Source: Octopus sinensis (Eukaryota). Taken from it: a DNA stretch of 64,000 nucleotides. The DNA lies in contig NC_043002.1 in the NCBI RefSeq assembly GCF_006345805.1, positions 114,204,001 through 114,268,000 of the forward strand, in the 5' to 3' direction. Positions 49,440 through 63,779 of this stretch are shown here, piece by piece; position 1 is the first letter of the stretch; every line of letters begins with the position of its first letter. Under the pieces are notes generated by a model, which did no database searches, was not told the origin of the DNA, and saw nothing but the letters and a program-made list of their open reading frames with translations. The translations under genes were made by a program, and so were the position numbers.

Positions 49440-52049
49440 TCATCATCATCACTGTTCGACCGTGGTCGAGACAATGGAATTTACCATGCTACGCCAGACT
49501 TCACGGTCCATCATGGCATTACGGAGGTCCTGTTGCTGGATGCCTGTATCCCTGGAGATTACATCAGGGTAGGAGAGTGTGCGCCCTCTGGTATTGCGAG
49601 TAGATGGCTTCCAGAGGAGAAGAGTAGAAATTACCTCTTTTTCAGCTCTACAACAATGTCCAGCAAACTGGACTCTCCTACCTTTCACAAGAGATGACAC
49701 AGGTGGTAGTTTCCCATATATTTGCATTTTGGTTGGATGACGCTTCCACGAGAGATTTTGAGCTCTCATAAGGAGGCGAGTGTAGGTTCCATCCTCTCAA
49801 GCTTCTTTGATAACGTCCAGGTTTCTGAGCCATATAGTAGAATTGGTTCGACTGTGGCTCTGAAGATTTTAAGTTTGAGGTCTCTACTTAGATTTGATGA
49901 CCAGATCTTATGCATATCATTACAGGCTGACCAGGCCATACCCTTTCTAGTCAGAAAATCTTTTCCAGATGATGATATGTATGACCCAAGATATTTGTAA
50001 TCAGAAACCATATTTAAGGGCGTATTGTTGAGATGATGCAATCACTGTTGGACAAGCACTTGTTTACATATTCAGTCTTTGCCTCATTGAGGTAAAGACC
50101 TACACAATTTGAGGCTTGTTCGAGAGATTATAAAAGAGACTGGGCATTGGAGAGAGAATCACTGATAAGAGCGATGTCGTCAGCAAAGTCAGTGTCTGTC
50201 AAGTATTCAGCTGGGTGTCTGGAACTTCTTCTAGGTTTTATTTTAAAGCCCTTGCCAGAAATGGTATCAACTGACATATGTAGTACATAGTCAACGACAA
50301 TGATGAAGAGAAATGGGTCGAGTGTGTCTCCCTGCAGTATTCCGGCTTTGATTGAGAAAGATGATGTTTCTTCGTCAGGGGTTAAGATGGTTGAAGACGT
50401 ATCTGTGTAGAGGACCTTGTTGGCAGAAATGATTTTGTCTGGAATCCCATAGAGCTTAAGGATTTCAAACATCTTGTACCTATCTACAGAGTCGTACGCT
50501 TTAGAAAAGCCTACAAACACCATTGCAAGATCGCGATTAAATGCTTTTGATTCTTCAATAAGTCTGCGTAGGCATAGTATTTGGCTCAACGTTGAGTGCC
50601 CATGTCTGAATCCATTTTGGTTCTTTCGGAGCAAAGGTTCAACAAAAAGGATGAGACGGTTTAGAATTAGTTTGTTGTACAATTTTGCAGCAATTGACAT
50701 TAGAGATATACCCCTGTAGTTGGTGACGAAGGATAAATTGCCTTTTTTGGGTATTGGGATGATTTGGGATTGGTGCCAAATTTTTGGAGCTACAAAGTGG
50801 AAAGTGTGTGGTTGCAAAGATTGAGCAAAAGTGCGTGAAATCTATCATCCTTCCAAATTATAGCTGGGATGTGGTCGGGACCAAATGCTTTCGAGGCTTT
50901 CAGTTGTTTAGTAGCTGCCCTTAGTTCAAATATGGCAAAAGGGGAGGTGTTGATGTCCAGCGTATCTGATATAGGTACATTTGGAAGAGAGGGGTTATCA
51001 GGGATTTTGGCATTCTTCCCAAGAACGTTTTTAAAATGAGTTGACCAATTTTCTAAACGCTTCTTAGCTGATCCCCCTTTAATTCTAATTGATGACCCAG
51101 AATTTTTGCCTGATAGGTCTTTGATGGATTTCCAGGCGAGATGGTGTTTTTTTACTAATGTGCTCGTTGGATAGTTTGCTAATTTTGCCTTTGATAAAGT
51201 CGACCTCGGCGTTCAAGTAAGCATCATCAAGATTCTTCTTGGCAGTTATGAGTTGGATCTTCAGTGACTGGGATGGAGAACGGTGGTAAGCTAGTGATAT
51301 AGACTTTAGATGGTTTCTGGCTTCGATGACATTTGGGGAATTAGAAGGTCTGCTCTGGCCCCTACTCTTCTTTTTGGGAAGAGTAACCAGTGCACCTTCC
51401 TCTGTTGATTTGATGAGGCTGCTGTAGACTTCTTCAATGTTCTCAACATCTATTTCAGCAGTAGACAAGGATTGAAATTTGTTATAGACCTCAATAGTAA
51501 ATTGTTTGGACATATCGGGGTTAGACGAGACTTCCTCCCAGTCGATCGTTTTCATCGGGTGAAGCTTAGCTTTTTTGGATGAGCGAAGACTAAGCTTAAC
51601 GGTAGCTGATACAATTCTGTGGTCGGAGCCAACAGAACTAAAGGAAGAGTAGGATCTCGAGTCTTTAACACTATTGCGCCACTTCTTTCGAAACATGAGG
51701 TAGTCAATTTGTGCCCTATCATTAAGTGGGGACTCGAATGTCCAAAGTTGTCCTTTTGGTTTCATAAAATAATTGTTGGAGGTGTAAAGATTAAATTCCT
51801 CTAAAAAGTCTTTGAGCATTTCCCCGTTCCGATTAGTTTTAGAGTTGAAAGTAAACTTGGTCTCATCGGGTCCTAGTTTGCATTCAGATCACCAGATATA
51901 ACTAGAACATTATGGAGAGGTACTTGCTCAATGGTTGAACGAAGGGTTGTATAAAAATTCTCAATCTCGTCTGCCACAGTCGAATTATGTGGGCTATACA
52001 CACATACCAATGTTGTTTTCGGATTTCCATCTATTTCAAGCACCATAAT
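49440..52049 (-). mobile_element. RTE/RTEX-clade LINE, 5'-truncated within the endonuclease
   Basis: QIDYLM..SDHRIV, NYRGISLMS, QNGFR, GILQGDTL, DFADDIAL, LLYGSETW; (TGA)n tail; 11-bp TSD TCAGAACGTAA at 49429-49439 and 52050-52060. Confidence 0.93.
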
Positions 52050-53297
52050 TCAGAACGTAAAGTCAGACAATCATTTCGCCTGGTGTGCTAATGCCTTCTC
52101 TTGTTTTAAAATTCAAGAGACAACCGTAAAAAATTAGCCTGTTAAAGTTCATTCTCCGTCACAAATTGACAAGGAAGCTTTGCTTATTAATTGAAACTAT
52201 TCTTTGCAGTCTCTGTATGTATGTTATCACATTGCCTATAATTTATCACATTCAAATGCTCTTGACATAGCAGACGATGAATAAGCACCACACAAGACGG
52301 TACATAAACACTACCTCCCAGCGTGATAAACCAGACCGGCACTGCGTGTACCACAGTGCTCTCCCTGCATGCCTCTAGAACATGTGTACACGCGCCTCAC
52401 AAAGCAAACACTTCGTCATTGCCAGTGTAAAGTAGTCTGTTCAACATACAGGGATCTTTGTTGTTTTCTAGGAATGAGACGATGATCATTGGCGTTGAGT
52501 CTAAAGATGTTTGATCATAGTTTTTGATAACTTAAACAAATATAAATAAATCACCAACGTATACATTATACCCGTATACACCGGGTGAAAATGTGTAGTT
52601 CTGCCGCTCCACAGAGCCTATAGACGAGCAGCCACTCTCTCTCATCCCTCTCTCCCCCCTCTCTCTCTCACGCACACACATGCACACATGTATACCTATA
52701 CATGCGTACATAATTACATATACATAAATACATGCATACATATTTGGATGTATATTAGTATTTTCAAATAACATGATATTTTCCTATGACCATGCCTCTA
52801 TATCTTAAAGCCTTGGTATTTATAAGGTTTCACATACAAATTATATGTATGCATTTATGCATGTATGTGTGTATACATGTATGTGTGTATGTATGTGTGT
52901 GTGTGTGTGTGTATGTGCATGTGTGTGATGTGTTTGCCTATGTATAAGTAACTAACCCAAATACTAGTAGGTAAAGGGCACACACACGCGCGCGTTATTT
53001 GATCCTGGAGTCATTATTTTTTATAGTGCAGTCCTTTTGTATATCCGTTATGGATGGTCTCCCTAACTTTTTGGGTAGTTAGCACATAAAATCAGTTGTG
53101 TAATATCACCGCAGGTGTTACTGGGACCTTATGGCGTACCGACACCCAAAATTAAAACTAAACACTATGGTCAATTCTTCTCCCCCTTCTTTAACATCGT
53201 GGAACTTGAGAAAACCTAAACCAAAATCTAAACTCCTTACATCATCTCCTACTAACACGTCAGCCATTCATCCTATTTCCACTCTTCGAAGCATTCA

Positions 53298-53777
53298 GGG
53301 TTCTTCCCCAACACTCACATTCGGGGCATTATCAACCTCGCCAATGTCAATCTCAAATTTGTCATCGCCAGTCTCAATTACATTGTCATCTGTCTCGATG
53401 TCGTTTTTGTCCGTTTAAATGTCGTCACTGTAAGATGGAGCGATTTTCTTTTTTATGAAGTAAACATTGAAGTAAACTGTCGCAGAATTGCGAACAACTA
53501 TAAACATCAAAAAGTTTTGTAAAGTATTACAAGTTTTATTTATTAAAAAAAACAACAACAAAAATTCGTATCTAACATTTCCGTAAAATATATATACATT
53601 TAATGCATTAGATATAAAACCACACGACGATGACAAAATTAATTTGATGCTGACAAAATCGGGATAGACGACGACGTAACCATGAATGACAACGAATTTG
53701 AGGCTGACGATGACAAATTTAAGGCTGACGTTCACGAGATCGAAGTTAATAATGTCGAATTTAAGTGAGGAGACCCA
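53298..53777. repeat. Degenerate inverted-repeat (MITE-like) element
   Basis: AAATTTGTCATCGCCAGTCTCAA versus TTGAGGCTGACGATGACAAATTT; outer GGGTTCTTC / GAGGAGACCC. Confidence 0.5.
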
Positions 53778-53789
53778 GTAAATCTCTCA

Positions 53790-55062
53790 ATTCATATCTA
53801 TAGTCCATCTGTGTTAGACAAGCTATACTCAGCATTAAAATTTCACTTCGACTCTCTAACCTAGATATCAGCAACAAAACTTCCAGCTACTCAGGCTTAA
53901 AATCCACCCCGAACACTTCTCCAAATAAATCGTTTCCTCTACCGCTCTCAGAACTCCTCTAATAACCACCAACTTTTCGGTCATATTACTTCCTGCATGG
54001 AGGACATCTTTTAATCGTTAGCGACATCAGTGCATGCAACCCATTTTCAATCTCACACTCAATGCATATTGATGCCGCTTGTGTAGAAACCATATATTTC
54101 GCAATCTTCAAAACTCTACATCAACTAGTTTCATCCCATATTCGTATTCCTTACCAACACACAGATACTCCAAACATCTCTTTATGACCCCCAAACCTAA
54201 CCTCTACTTCGCCATCAAAATCTGTACGCCTATCTCGGGTCGTTCGACCAATGCTTCATTGCGATCACCCACTAACCATCCACATATTACGCCCCGCCCT
54301 GCACTTCCTGAATCCTATAACATATTAGATAAACTGGTGGGAGCATCGCCAGTTCTGTTAACTATCCCAGGCAGCACATGTTCTTCAATTCTAATTCATT
54401 GCAACGTGTTAAGCGTGTAACAGAAGCCATCCATTTACCAACGTCTTTCTGCGTCTCCCATATTCATAATCTCACAATTTCAAGTTCCCGTAGTCGTTCT
54501 CTCATAGCTGGAATAAGAATACGGCCCACAACGCTTGGAGAAAATTACTCATCCCTACAAACTGGATTTTGGCCAGCATCACAACTCCTGAAAGACCTTA
54601 ATGCAAATCGAGAAGGGTACATCGTGCATCACACACCCTGTAATTTCTCTTGCCTTCCAAAATTCAGTCGATTCTTTTTGTTCCTTGCCATAAATATCTC
54701 TACCAACTTTGGAGAATCTTCCTTTCTTACACTTCTCGACAATGACGGCTTACTCTGAAATATCTCTATTGAGAAAGCCTTATTCTATGTTGCTCACATT
54801 GCATCCAGTTATACTCTCCACAAAGTAGATTAACCTCTTCAAAAAGCATCTTTTTCCATTCCATCAGGTCCACCAATATGAAAACATACACACCAAGCCA
54901 CTTCCTCCGGTCGCTTCAAGCCAAGAAGACCACCGTTTCTGACGATGTCCCTTTCATTACCTTAAAACAAAGCACACCTTAGAGTTAGTTAAAATCATTA
55001 CTAAATTCTCCGATCTCCCCCCCCCACTCTTCTGTTTGTCTGCCTGCTTGTCTGTCTGCCTA

Positions 55063-55108
<46 letters not shown>

Positions 55109-55850
55109 CTCTCTCTCTCTCTCCCCTCTCTCTCTCTATTTCGCTCTCAACATGAATATATCGTGATCTTTGAAACACGCTTCAGTCTGTCCCGAATATC
55201 AGGTCAACTTTTACTCTATCACAATCATTCTCAACATCTAAAAGGTGATGGAAACGTCTATTAACAACTTTCTCTGCATCCTAGCTCTCATCCTTCTTAG
55301 TGATTACCACCAGCTCTTCATTTTTTCAAGAAATTTGGTGAAAACTGTTTGTTTTGTTCGATATCAGCAAAACACTCGTCCGTATCTAACAAAACTACCC
55401 AACTTTGGGTTCCATCTGTTTCTTTTAGCTCACACCAATGTGTTATATACAGGAGTCATCTCTGGTCCAAACTCTATCATGTCAAGTATATCCCGGGGTT
55501 TGGTTTTTATTATTTTAAATATTTCTCTGATATGTCAACCGCCTACTTGCCGTTACCTCCAAAAACCGCCCACTCCTTTACAGATAATGTCACGTTTTAT
55601 TCCTCCTTAAATTCCACAAAAAAAATTTCATTCATATGTAATCTGGACACTTCACAACAAATATACACTGATTCCGGGAACAGATATTTCAAAAACAGTA
55701 TTCAGTTGGTTCATGTCAATCTTGTTTCCTTCAGCAACACAAACACACAGTTACTACGCATATCAAGAAAACATCATCGCAACTGATTTTCTCTAAACAT
55801 GAACAGAAAACGACTAGAACCCTCAAAATCGCATTATATGTTAGATCGGA
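53790..55850 (-). mobile_element. Old RTE-like LINE remnant
   Basis: Heavily degraded minus-strand RT-like peptides (GPDGMEK, SVVGRILI, VDIYGK..KN..NFGRQ); limits approximate. Confidence 0.5.
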
Positions 55851-56044
55851 TCATTACTGAGTGTCTCCCCTGGCAAACACACAGCCAAAACATTATCTCT
55901 CCTGAGATACCCTCATTACTGAATATCTCTCATTACTGAGTATCTCATCATTATTGAGTAGCTCCCTTGACAAAAACACAGCCAAAACAACCTCACAGAA
56001 ACTGACCTTCCTCTTCAGAGTCAGAAAATAATTCCTCCCTCTAT

Positions 56045-56350
56045 AACTATTAACCCTCTACCATGGAGTAGTTCTCCCACATGTCCAGGACAGTGTTACT
56101 GCTACATACATAGTCATTCTCGACTCTATCTAAAGAAAAGCCACTCAACTGATTGACATGATGCTGCTCACCGTGAGACTCCAGCCCCTACTCTACAGAC
56201 TTTCTCTTTCTTCTCTCTTTTTTATTCTTTGTCTTATTTAATGATACTACGGTGGTTTCTGCTACTCGGAACTGGTTGGTTTTGTGCTGCCTCCCTTTTG
56301 GCGCTCCTTACTCCCTCATATCACATCTCGTCACCCATGTTGTGTCCAAC
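56045..56350 (+). mobile_element. LINE ORF2 C-terminal remnant (CR1/Jockey-like)
   Basis: TME*FSHM..ILDSI*RKATQLI..LQPLLYR. Confidence 0.45.
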
Positions 56351-56629
56351 TTCAGGTTCCTCCACAAAATCTTGGCTTTTTGGTTATCATTCTTTGTATG
56401 TCTTTTCTTTCCTGCGACTACCGACTTGTGAATGTTCAAGAGGAACATGAAGAATGTCGATCGCACCAGTCTCAGAGGCCTTGCAAAGACCATAGCTACT
56501 TAACCTTTTCTTTCAGGCCCAAAACGATAAAAACAAATGTGCCAAGTCCATAACATACTCATCTACTCGTTCACGTGCATTCTAATCCCTACCTTACACG
56601 ACGACGACGACGGTAACGACGATGTTATA

Positions 56630-56859
56630 GGCGGCGAGCTGGCAGAAACGTTAGCACGCCGGACGAAATGCTTAGCGGCATTTCTTCTGTCTTACGTTCT
56701 AAGTTCAATTTCCGCCGTGGTCGACTTTGCCTTTCATCCTTTCGGGGTCGATTAAATAAGTACCAGTTACGCACTGGGTCGATATAATCGACTTAATCCG
56801 TTTGTCTGTCCTTGTTTGTCCCCTCTATGTTTAGCCCCTTGTGGTCAGTAAAGAAATAG
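56630..56859 (+). mobile_element. SINE family B, young copy
   Basis: Near-identical to 8852-9080 and 21227-21460. Confidence 0.9.
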
Positions 56860-57875
56860 CAGGAAACTAGCTTAAACATTCAATTATGGAATAGTTTATA
56901 TATAAATCTAGTAAACGTGACGACTACTCCTACAATAACCCGTATTCACCATGATAGGGATGAAGATGACGACGTCGATGACAACAACAAACAGATCTCT
57001 CCCAAATTACGCCCTCTTGTCATAATTAGAGAGAGAGGATACATTAAATAATGCAGTCCAATTTACCCCATACAGGATGGTCACAGATGTCATGTCTGTT
57101 ATCATAAGTCTGATCAATAATAGTTGACCTGGGGACAAACGACACAAGATCTGCTTGGGGGAAAACAACCAAATTTCCTTCTTACTACTTCATTCTGTAT
57201 TAAAAAGGGAGGATATTGAGTAATTGCTTAGTCCCACATTTTATAATCCGAAATCCTAAGGGATAGTCATGGTTGGAATATGTAGATCAGGGCTAACCCG
57301 AGGATGGGGCTAAGCAGCAGCAACAGCAACAACAACAACAACAACAACATGGGTTCTCAAATTGGCACTAGGCCACTGATATCTTGTCGAAAGATGGAGA
57401 CAATTCAGTAGAATCTTGATACTTTATCGATCACACTAAATCGATATGACTGTGAGGAAAAAGAAGATATTGAAAACGAACTCTGTGCCCACGACATTAT
57501 GGCATATCATTTTCAAGCAGAATTAAGATATTTTCATATTTTCCATTTACTATTGTAATCTGGCGTCAGAATGAAATCCTTGGGTTCCTTTATAGAGATC
57601 GCTATGATAGTTATGGCGTCTGGAGTTTCACTTGGCACCCATATTTCTGTTATCAGCTACATCACTGAATAATAAATTGAGTCGAATGCAAGAAAATTCA
57701 AATCAAGAATTTAGCAATTTTATATTCATTTCTGTTTCCTTGTCAAATCAGATATTCCAATATTTCAATACCACACATCAAACAATTCTCTTTCTTTCTC
57801 TCTTACCTGTTCTGCCCGATAAATGAGGCTGTGAATAGAATCTTGTTCAGGACACATCACCAATAACCAGAAACA

Positions 57876-58128
57876 ACTGACAAATATCGTGTAATTTATA
57901 ACGGTTTCTTTTACCAGTGCAGAGAGGTTGAAACAGAAAAAGTGTGATGATGATGATGGTACTACTACTACTACTACTACTACTGCTACTACTGCTGCTG
58001 CAGTAGTAGCAGTAGTAGTAGTATTAGTATTAGTAGTAGTAGTACCATCATCATCATCACACTTTTTCTGTTTCAACCTCTCTGCACTGGTAAAAGAAAC
58101 CGTTATAAATTACACGATATTTGTCAGT
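57876..58128. repeat. 253-bp near-perfect palindrome
   Basis: ACTGACAAATATCG...GATGGT(ACT)n mirrored by (AGT)nACCATC...CGATATTTGTCAGT. Confidence 0.95.
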
Positions 58129-58148
58129 GTAATATTTGCAGTAGTAGC

Positions 58149-58215
<67 letters not shown>

Positions 58216-58239
58216 CCATCATCATCATCACTGATGTAG

Positions 58240-59105
58240 GCAAAGCAACAACCTATCAGTGGTTGAGAAGCTCAGGACTGAATGCAGAGACTGAGGTTTT
58301 CATATTGGTGGCACAAAATCAAAGCTTGCTTACCAAAAACTACCAGGCTGACGTTCTTCAAAACGGTTGTGGCCCTAAATGCAGATTCTACGATAAATTT
58401 GATGAAACAATAAACCATCCCGTCTCGGGATGGCCTATTCTGGCACCGAATGAATACAAAAATCGCCATGATAGGGTAGGACTGTATTTACATTGGAAAA
58501 TATGTAAACACTACAAAATCAGCACTCTTGCTTACTGGTATGAACATCATCCTGAGCCAGTCGTTGAGGGTAAAAACGTCACTATCCTCTGGGATTTTCC
58601 AGTCAACATCGATAGAACGATCCAGGCCAATCTACCAGACATAGTCATGAAAGACAGAGAAGAAAAATACTTGTAGACTAATAGATGTAAGTGTTCCCAC
58701 TGATAAAAATATATCCCTAAAGGAATTTGACAAATCAAGTAAATATAAGGACCTGGAAACTGAAATGCAAAAGATGTGACATCTTAAAGCGAGATCTGTT
58801 CCTCTTATTGTGGGTGCCTTTGGTATGATAAGAATGGGATATCAGAAACATCTAGATAATATCCCAGGAGAACCATGTCTCAGAGAAATCCAAAAGATTG
58901 TATTGACAAGTACAACCCACATCCTTAGAAAACCCTATTAATTTAAATGTCTGTGTTGTATTACATGAAGATATTTCGCTACTTCCCCTTCGACTTTCCC
59001 TCCCCAAGCTTTCAGTCATACTATAACATCTCTTATCCTTCACTCGCCCTAGAACGCTGGGTGTGTCTCGGCGAGTGATTGTAACAAACATGCAGATTAA
59101 AAGTA
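58240..59105 (+). mobile_element. R4/Dong-type LINE 3' fragment (restriction-like endonuclease)
   Basis: WLRSSGLNAETE..AQNQSL, KCRF..ETINH..SG, RHDRV, ILWDF..PDIV, IDVSVP, KYKDL; ends in (TAA)n. Confidence 0.88.
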
Positions 59106-59431
<326 letters not shown>

Positions 59432-59433
<2 letters not shown>

Positions 59434-60140
59434 CTCTGATGACTGGATGTTAAAACTTGTCCTAAAGCATGAAAACAAGGAAGTAGCAAAACAGGCAAAG
59501 AAATATCTAAGTAAATTCCAAATACAACAAATTCCAGAATTAGACGCAGGGGAAACAAGCACAGAAAAAGCTAAGCATATGAAAACTTGTGCTAAAACTG
59601 CCGCCTTAGATATTCTTACTGATAAATGGCAAGAAAATCCTCTCAGAGTATCTCAACAGGCAGGACAGAGCAGCACAGTATATTCACTAGGTAATTTGCA
59701 AAATCCTGGACCTGTCAGAAACGGTGGTCTTCTTGGCTTGAAGCGACCGGAGGAAGTGGCTTGGTGTGTATGTTTTCATATTGGTGGACCTGATGGAATG
59801 GAAAAAGATGCTTTTTGAAGAGGTTAATCTACACAAACCACCTCAAGTGCTTGAAAATGATCATATCTCACTCTTCTGGAACTTCCCTGTTCAAACTGAC
59901 AGAAAGATAGATTCGAATAAGTCAGACATTATATTGAAAGACTTCAGACAATAATCATGCCTCCTCATTGATATGACTGTCCAAATCGACATAAATGTAG
60001 CTGTCAAGACCTACCAAAAACTGAACAAGTATAAAAATCTTGAAACAAAAATTGGCAAAATGTGGAACCTCAAGACTAAAACAATACCTGTTGTCATGGG
60101 TGTCCTAGGAATGATAGCAAAAGGGGTTATTCCTACGTAT
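59432..60140 (+). mobile_element. Second R4/Dong-type LINE fragment
   Basis: KWQENPL, LFWNFPVQTDRKI..SDIILKD, LLIDMTV, KYKNLE..MWNLKTKTIPVVMGVLG. Confidence 0.82.
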
Positions 60141-60161
60141 ACAAATTTGTATTAAAAAACT

Positions 60162-60245
<84 letters not shown>

Positions 60246-61643
60246 AGGTGAACGAAAGTAACGGTGCTTTATTTACATTTTTTTTATCGTTCTTTCTCCT
60301 ATTGGTAGCTTAAAGATTTGCTCAATTGCCCCCTAACGGCAATTTTTCGAGCAAAAACATGGGTTAGGCTTTGTTCAAAATATAAGAACTCGAGAGGAGT
60401 TCATGACTTTTGGACTTCGAAACATTAAGATTCCTTTCAGTAAATCAATAAGCGCCATGTTAGATGTATACGTTTCCAATTATTACTGGTCTTAATTTTA
60501 AATACGCCCGTGACATCCACTTATAACACGTTTCCTCGCAAACCTTTATTGAATGAGCTTCTAACGTAATTACCGTGGGTTTAATTTAAGAAACATGTGA
60601 CGTAGATTTCATTTCAAATGGCTCCGTAGTCTTTAATTAACTAACAATGGGTATTAATAGGGATTACAATGGATTCAAATTCGGACGGACTGCTAAGATT
60701 TCCGAGGCGTAATTCAACCTTTAAATAATTTCTCTCAGCGAATAGTGTATGGATTAAAACAGATAGCACTCACTTTGGTATTAAATGTATAAAGATATTG
60801 GCATTAAAGTAAGATATAAAATCACCCAGCTACTATAAATGTTGTATATTGTATATGTTGCACACATATATCATAGATATGTTTATGTTGGGGCATGCTT
60901 TGGTTAACATGCAGTTTAAGGGTTTAAAAAGATTGAAAGTAAATTGACCAAAAGTTGTGATGGCGACATCCGATAATTTCATGTGCAATATAACCAATGT
61001 ATGGAACACATATATTTTATATAACACGAAAACCGTACGGATATATTTTACATAAGATGAAAACAATCATATTTATGTTGGGAATAGTACCTTAGAACGA
61101 TGTGCCTCATCTATTTCTGAAATACTCAAGATATCACTAGAAGGTACTCTATAAGTAGCTGCTTGTAGACGCTATATCATGAATTTCATTACTTCTCTCG
61201 CCACCTTCAATCAATCTACCTTCATTATCTTTTGAGGCCCTAAATATGTTAACCCATATTTTTTTGTGCTTGCGTGTGATTAGATACATTTAAGGTAGCT
61301 ATTAGTACAATATGGAATTCTATTTGTCGAGACTTGAATATAAACGATCATAAAATCGCTATAATACTTCGATAGGATAGGATAGGGCAAGGTAACTGTA
61401 AATTTTTCTTCTATCAATTACTAAGCATGTTGAAGAACAATTACAGATTAGTAATATTTGCAGCAGCAGTACATTAATGGAACATTAATCTACTAAGAAC
61501 ATGCATCTACCTGCATACAGCTGTTGATGCATGTTTAAGTAGAGCAAAGCAAACCTGAATAACACAGAGAAACAGTTCATTACCAACGACTTCTCGAGTA
61601 ACCTTCAATAGCATGTATAAGTACATATATATCTTTATATATA

Positions 61644-61644
<1 letters not shown>

Positions 61645-61676
<32 letters not shown>

Positions 61677-61792
61677 TGTATGTATGTATGTATGTATGTA
61701 TGTATGTATGTATGTATGTATGTATGTATGTATGTATGTATATATGAATATATATATAAATGTATATATGAATATAAATATATATATATGAA

Positions 61793-61855
<63 letters not shown>

Positions 61856-61869
61856 ATATCTATCTATCT

Positions 61870-61961
<92 letters not shown>

Positions 61962-61980
61962 ATCTATCTATCTATCTATC

Positions 61981-62029
<49 letters not shown>

Positions 62030-62030
62030 C
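61645..62030. repeat. (TATG)n / (TATC)n microsatellites
   Basis: Read directly from the sequence. Confidence 0.95.
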
Positions 62031-62750
62031 ACAGTAAGATGAGGGATAAAATATCCAGGCAGATACCAAATTTCTCTGAGTAAAATGCCAAGGTTGGCTC
62101 TTTCGCATGGTGCGTTTCTTGGTAATCTTCCTTTAACTCCCATCCGACGTTCCAGTTTATTTCTTGGCTACTTAGAGCTTAAAGTATAATATTTGATAAT
62201 AAGGAGAATGAGGAGAATGAAGAATTTAAACATTCAAACTTTATGTTTGTTTCCAGTTAGATTATTCATGATAATAGCCCGATACGTGTTTCGATCGCAC
62301 CAAATGCATCGTGTTGCATATTCATATACAGCGATTTATGCATTATTAGTACGATCTGAAGAGGAGTGTTCCTCGGCAATTAGTTTAAATTAAGCTTTGT
62401 GGTTACTACTACTAAACCACGACACTCTTCCATGAGATGTTTTTCTCAACTGTTTGTTTGGGTAAAATTCAGTACAAGGAGCAGCAGTGTTTGTTGAAGG
62501 TAGCTAAAGTTCTTGGCTTGGCGGGGAGTGGTTACTTATAAAATACTTGTTTTTGATTGATTCTACATACTTTATCATCAGGTATTTTGATAGATTTCAG
62601 AGTTGAAATTTGCGAAGGTTATTAATAGAAGTAGTGGGTAGTTACGAAGCAGTAAGAACAACGTGGTTATTAAAAAGAAGCAGTGTTGTATTTTAAATTC
62701 TTCTAACTTGTCATTACTGTTGCTTTAAAGCGTTTTTAGGTTATATTATA

Positions 62751-63150
62751 CTAGCAGTATCGACCAGCGTTGCTCGGGTTTGTAAGGGAAATAACTATAT
62801 AAGCATTTTTAGAGAGTTATAGCCAAAAAATAGCAAAAAATGCATTAAAAATGCAAAAAAATTGATGGTAAATTTTTTTAAAAATCATTGACTCATCGTA
62901 GACATTTTTAGAGAGTTACTTCCCTTATATAATAGCGAAAAAATGCATTAAAATGGAAAAAAATGATGGTAAATTAAAAAAAAAATCGTAGACTCATCGT
63001 AGACGCGCGCTAATACCCAGAAGGGCTCGATATGAATCACGACTATAAGATACCCGGTTTTGGTTAAACTGCACCGCAAAATGTGGGAGTAGTTAGGAAT
63101 CTAAATCGTAGGAGACAGACAGCACACAACCTTACTTTTATATATAAAGA
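62751..63150 (-). mobile_element. Non-autonomous Helitron (two internal units)
   Basis: Same termini and internal unit as 32244-32837. Confidence 0.86.
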
Positions 63151-63154
63151 TATA

Positions 63155-63558
63155 ATTTTATAAATTGAATTCTATTCTATATTTTATATGCGTCATTATT
63201 ATTAGAGAAAAAAGTTTAATGAAATTATATGAATTGATGCATTCTGTTATTCAATTTTTTTAAAAAAGAAAACGTAAGTAATTAAAACTTCTTTCTTGTG
63301 TAATGTTGACTAATTAATTTTTCTAAGTAAATATTTGGTATAATTTCTCTAGGTATAAATTGCATCTTTCGTCCCCTATTTTATAAGGTTTCGCAGGACT
63401 AATAATTTCCCATTTTAATGAATACCTAATATTATTTTCATTCTTGAGCGACCATATAAGTTTTGAAAGTTTTCTCGCATTATTTCTAAACGAACTTTCA
63501 TCTGAAACCGACTTGAGAGGAAACACGATTACCGCCAGGATAATATAGCCCTTTAAAC

Positions 63559-63560
<2 letters not shown>
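63155..63560 (-). mobile_element. Penelope-like GIY-YIG C-terminal fragment
   Basis: LSKLIWSLKNENNIRYSLKWEIISPAKPYKIGDERCNLYLEK. Confidence 0.75.
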
Positions 63561-63598
<38 letters not shown>

Positions 63599-63779
63599 AT
63601 TATGAGAGGTAATGGTGTCAATGAGAACCAAAGGTGTCAGGTAATGCTGAATAAGTGCTATAGACAGACCATAGTTAAGTTCCAGGGCTCGGTGATTATG
63701 CGAAAAAGGGGTCCAGCGTGTGTATATGAAAAGGTTTTTTTCGTAATGACTGTATAGATTTTAGAACATTTATAAATAG

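Noticed and set aside
61090-61240. AG...GT-bounded minus-strand stretch with protein-like translation (ASKDNEGRLIEGG.. / ..SEIDEAHRSK)
   Set aside because: Requires a frameshift, lacks a polypyrimidine tract, no recognisable domain
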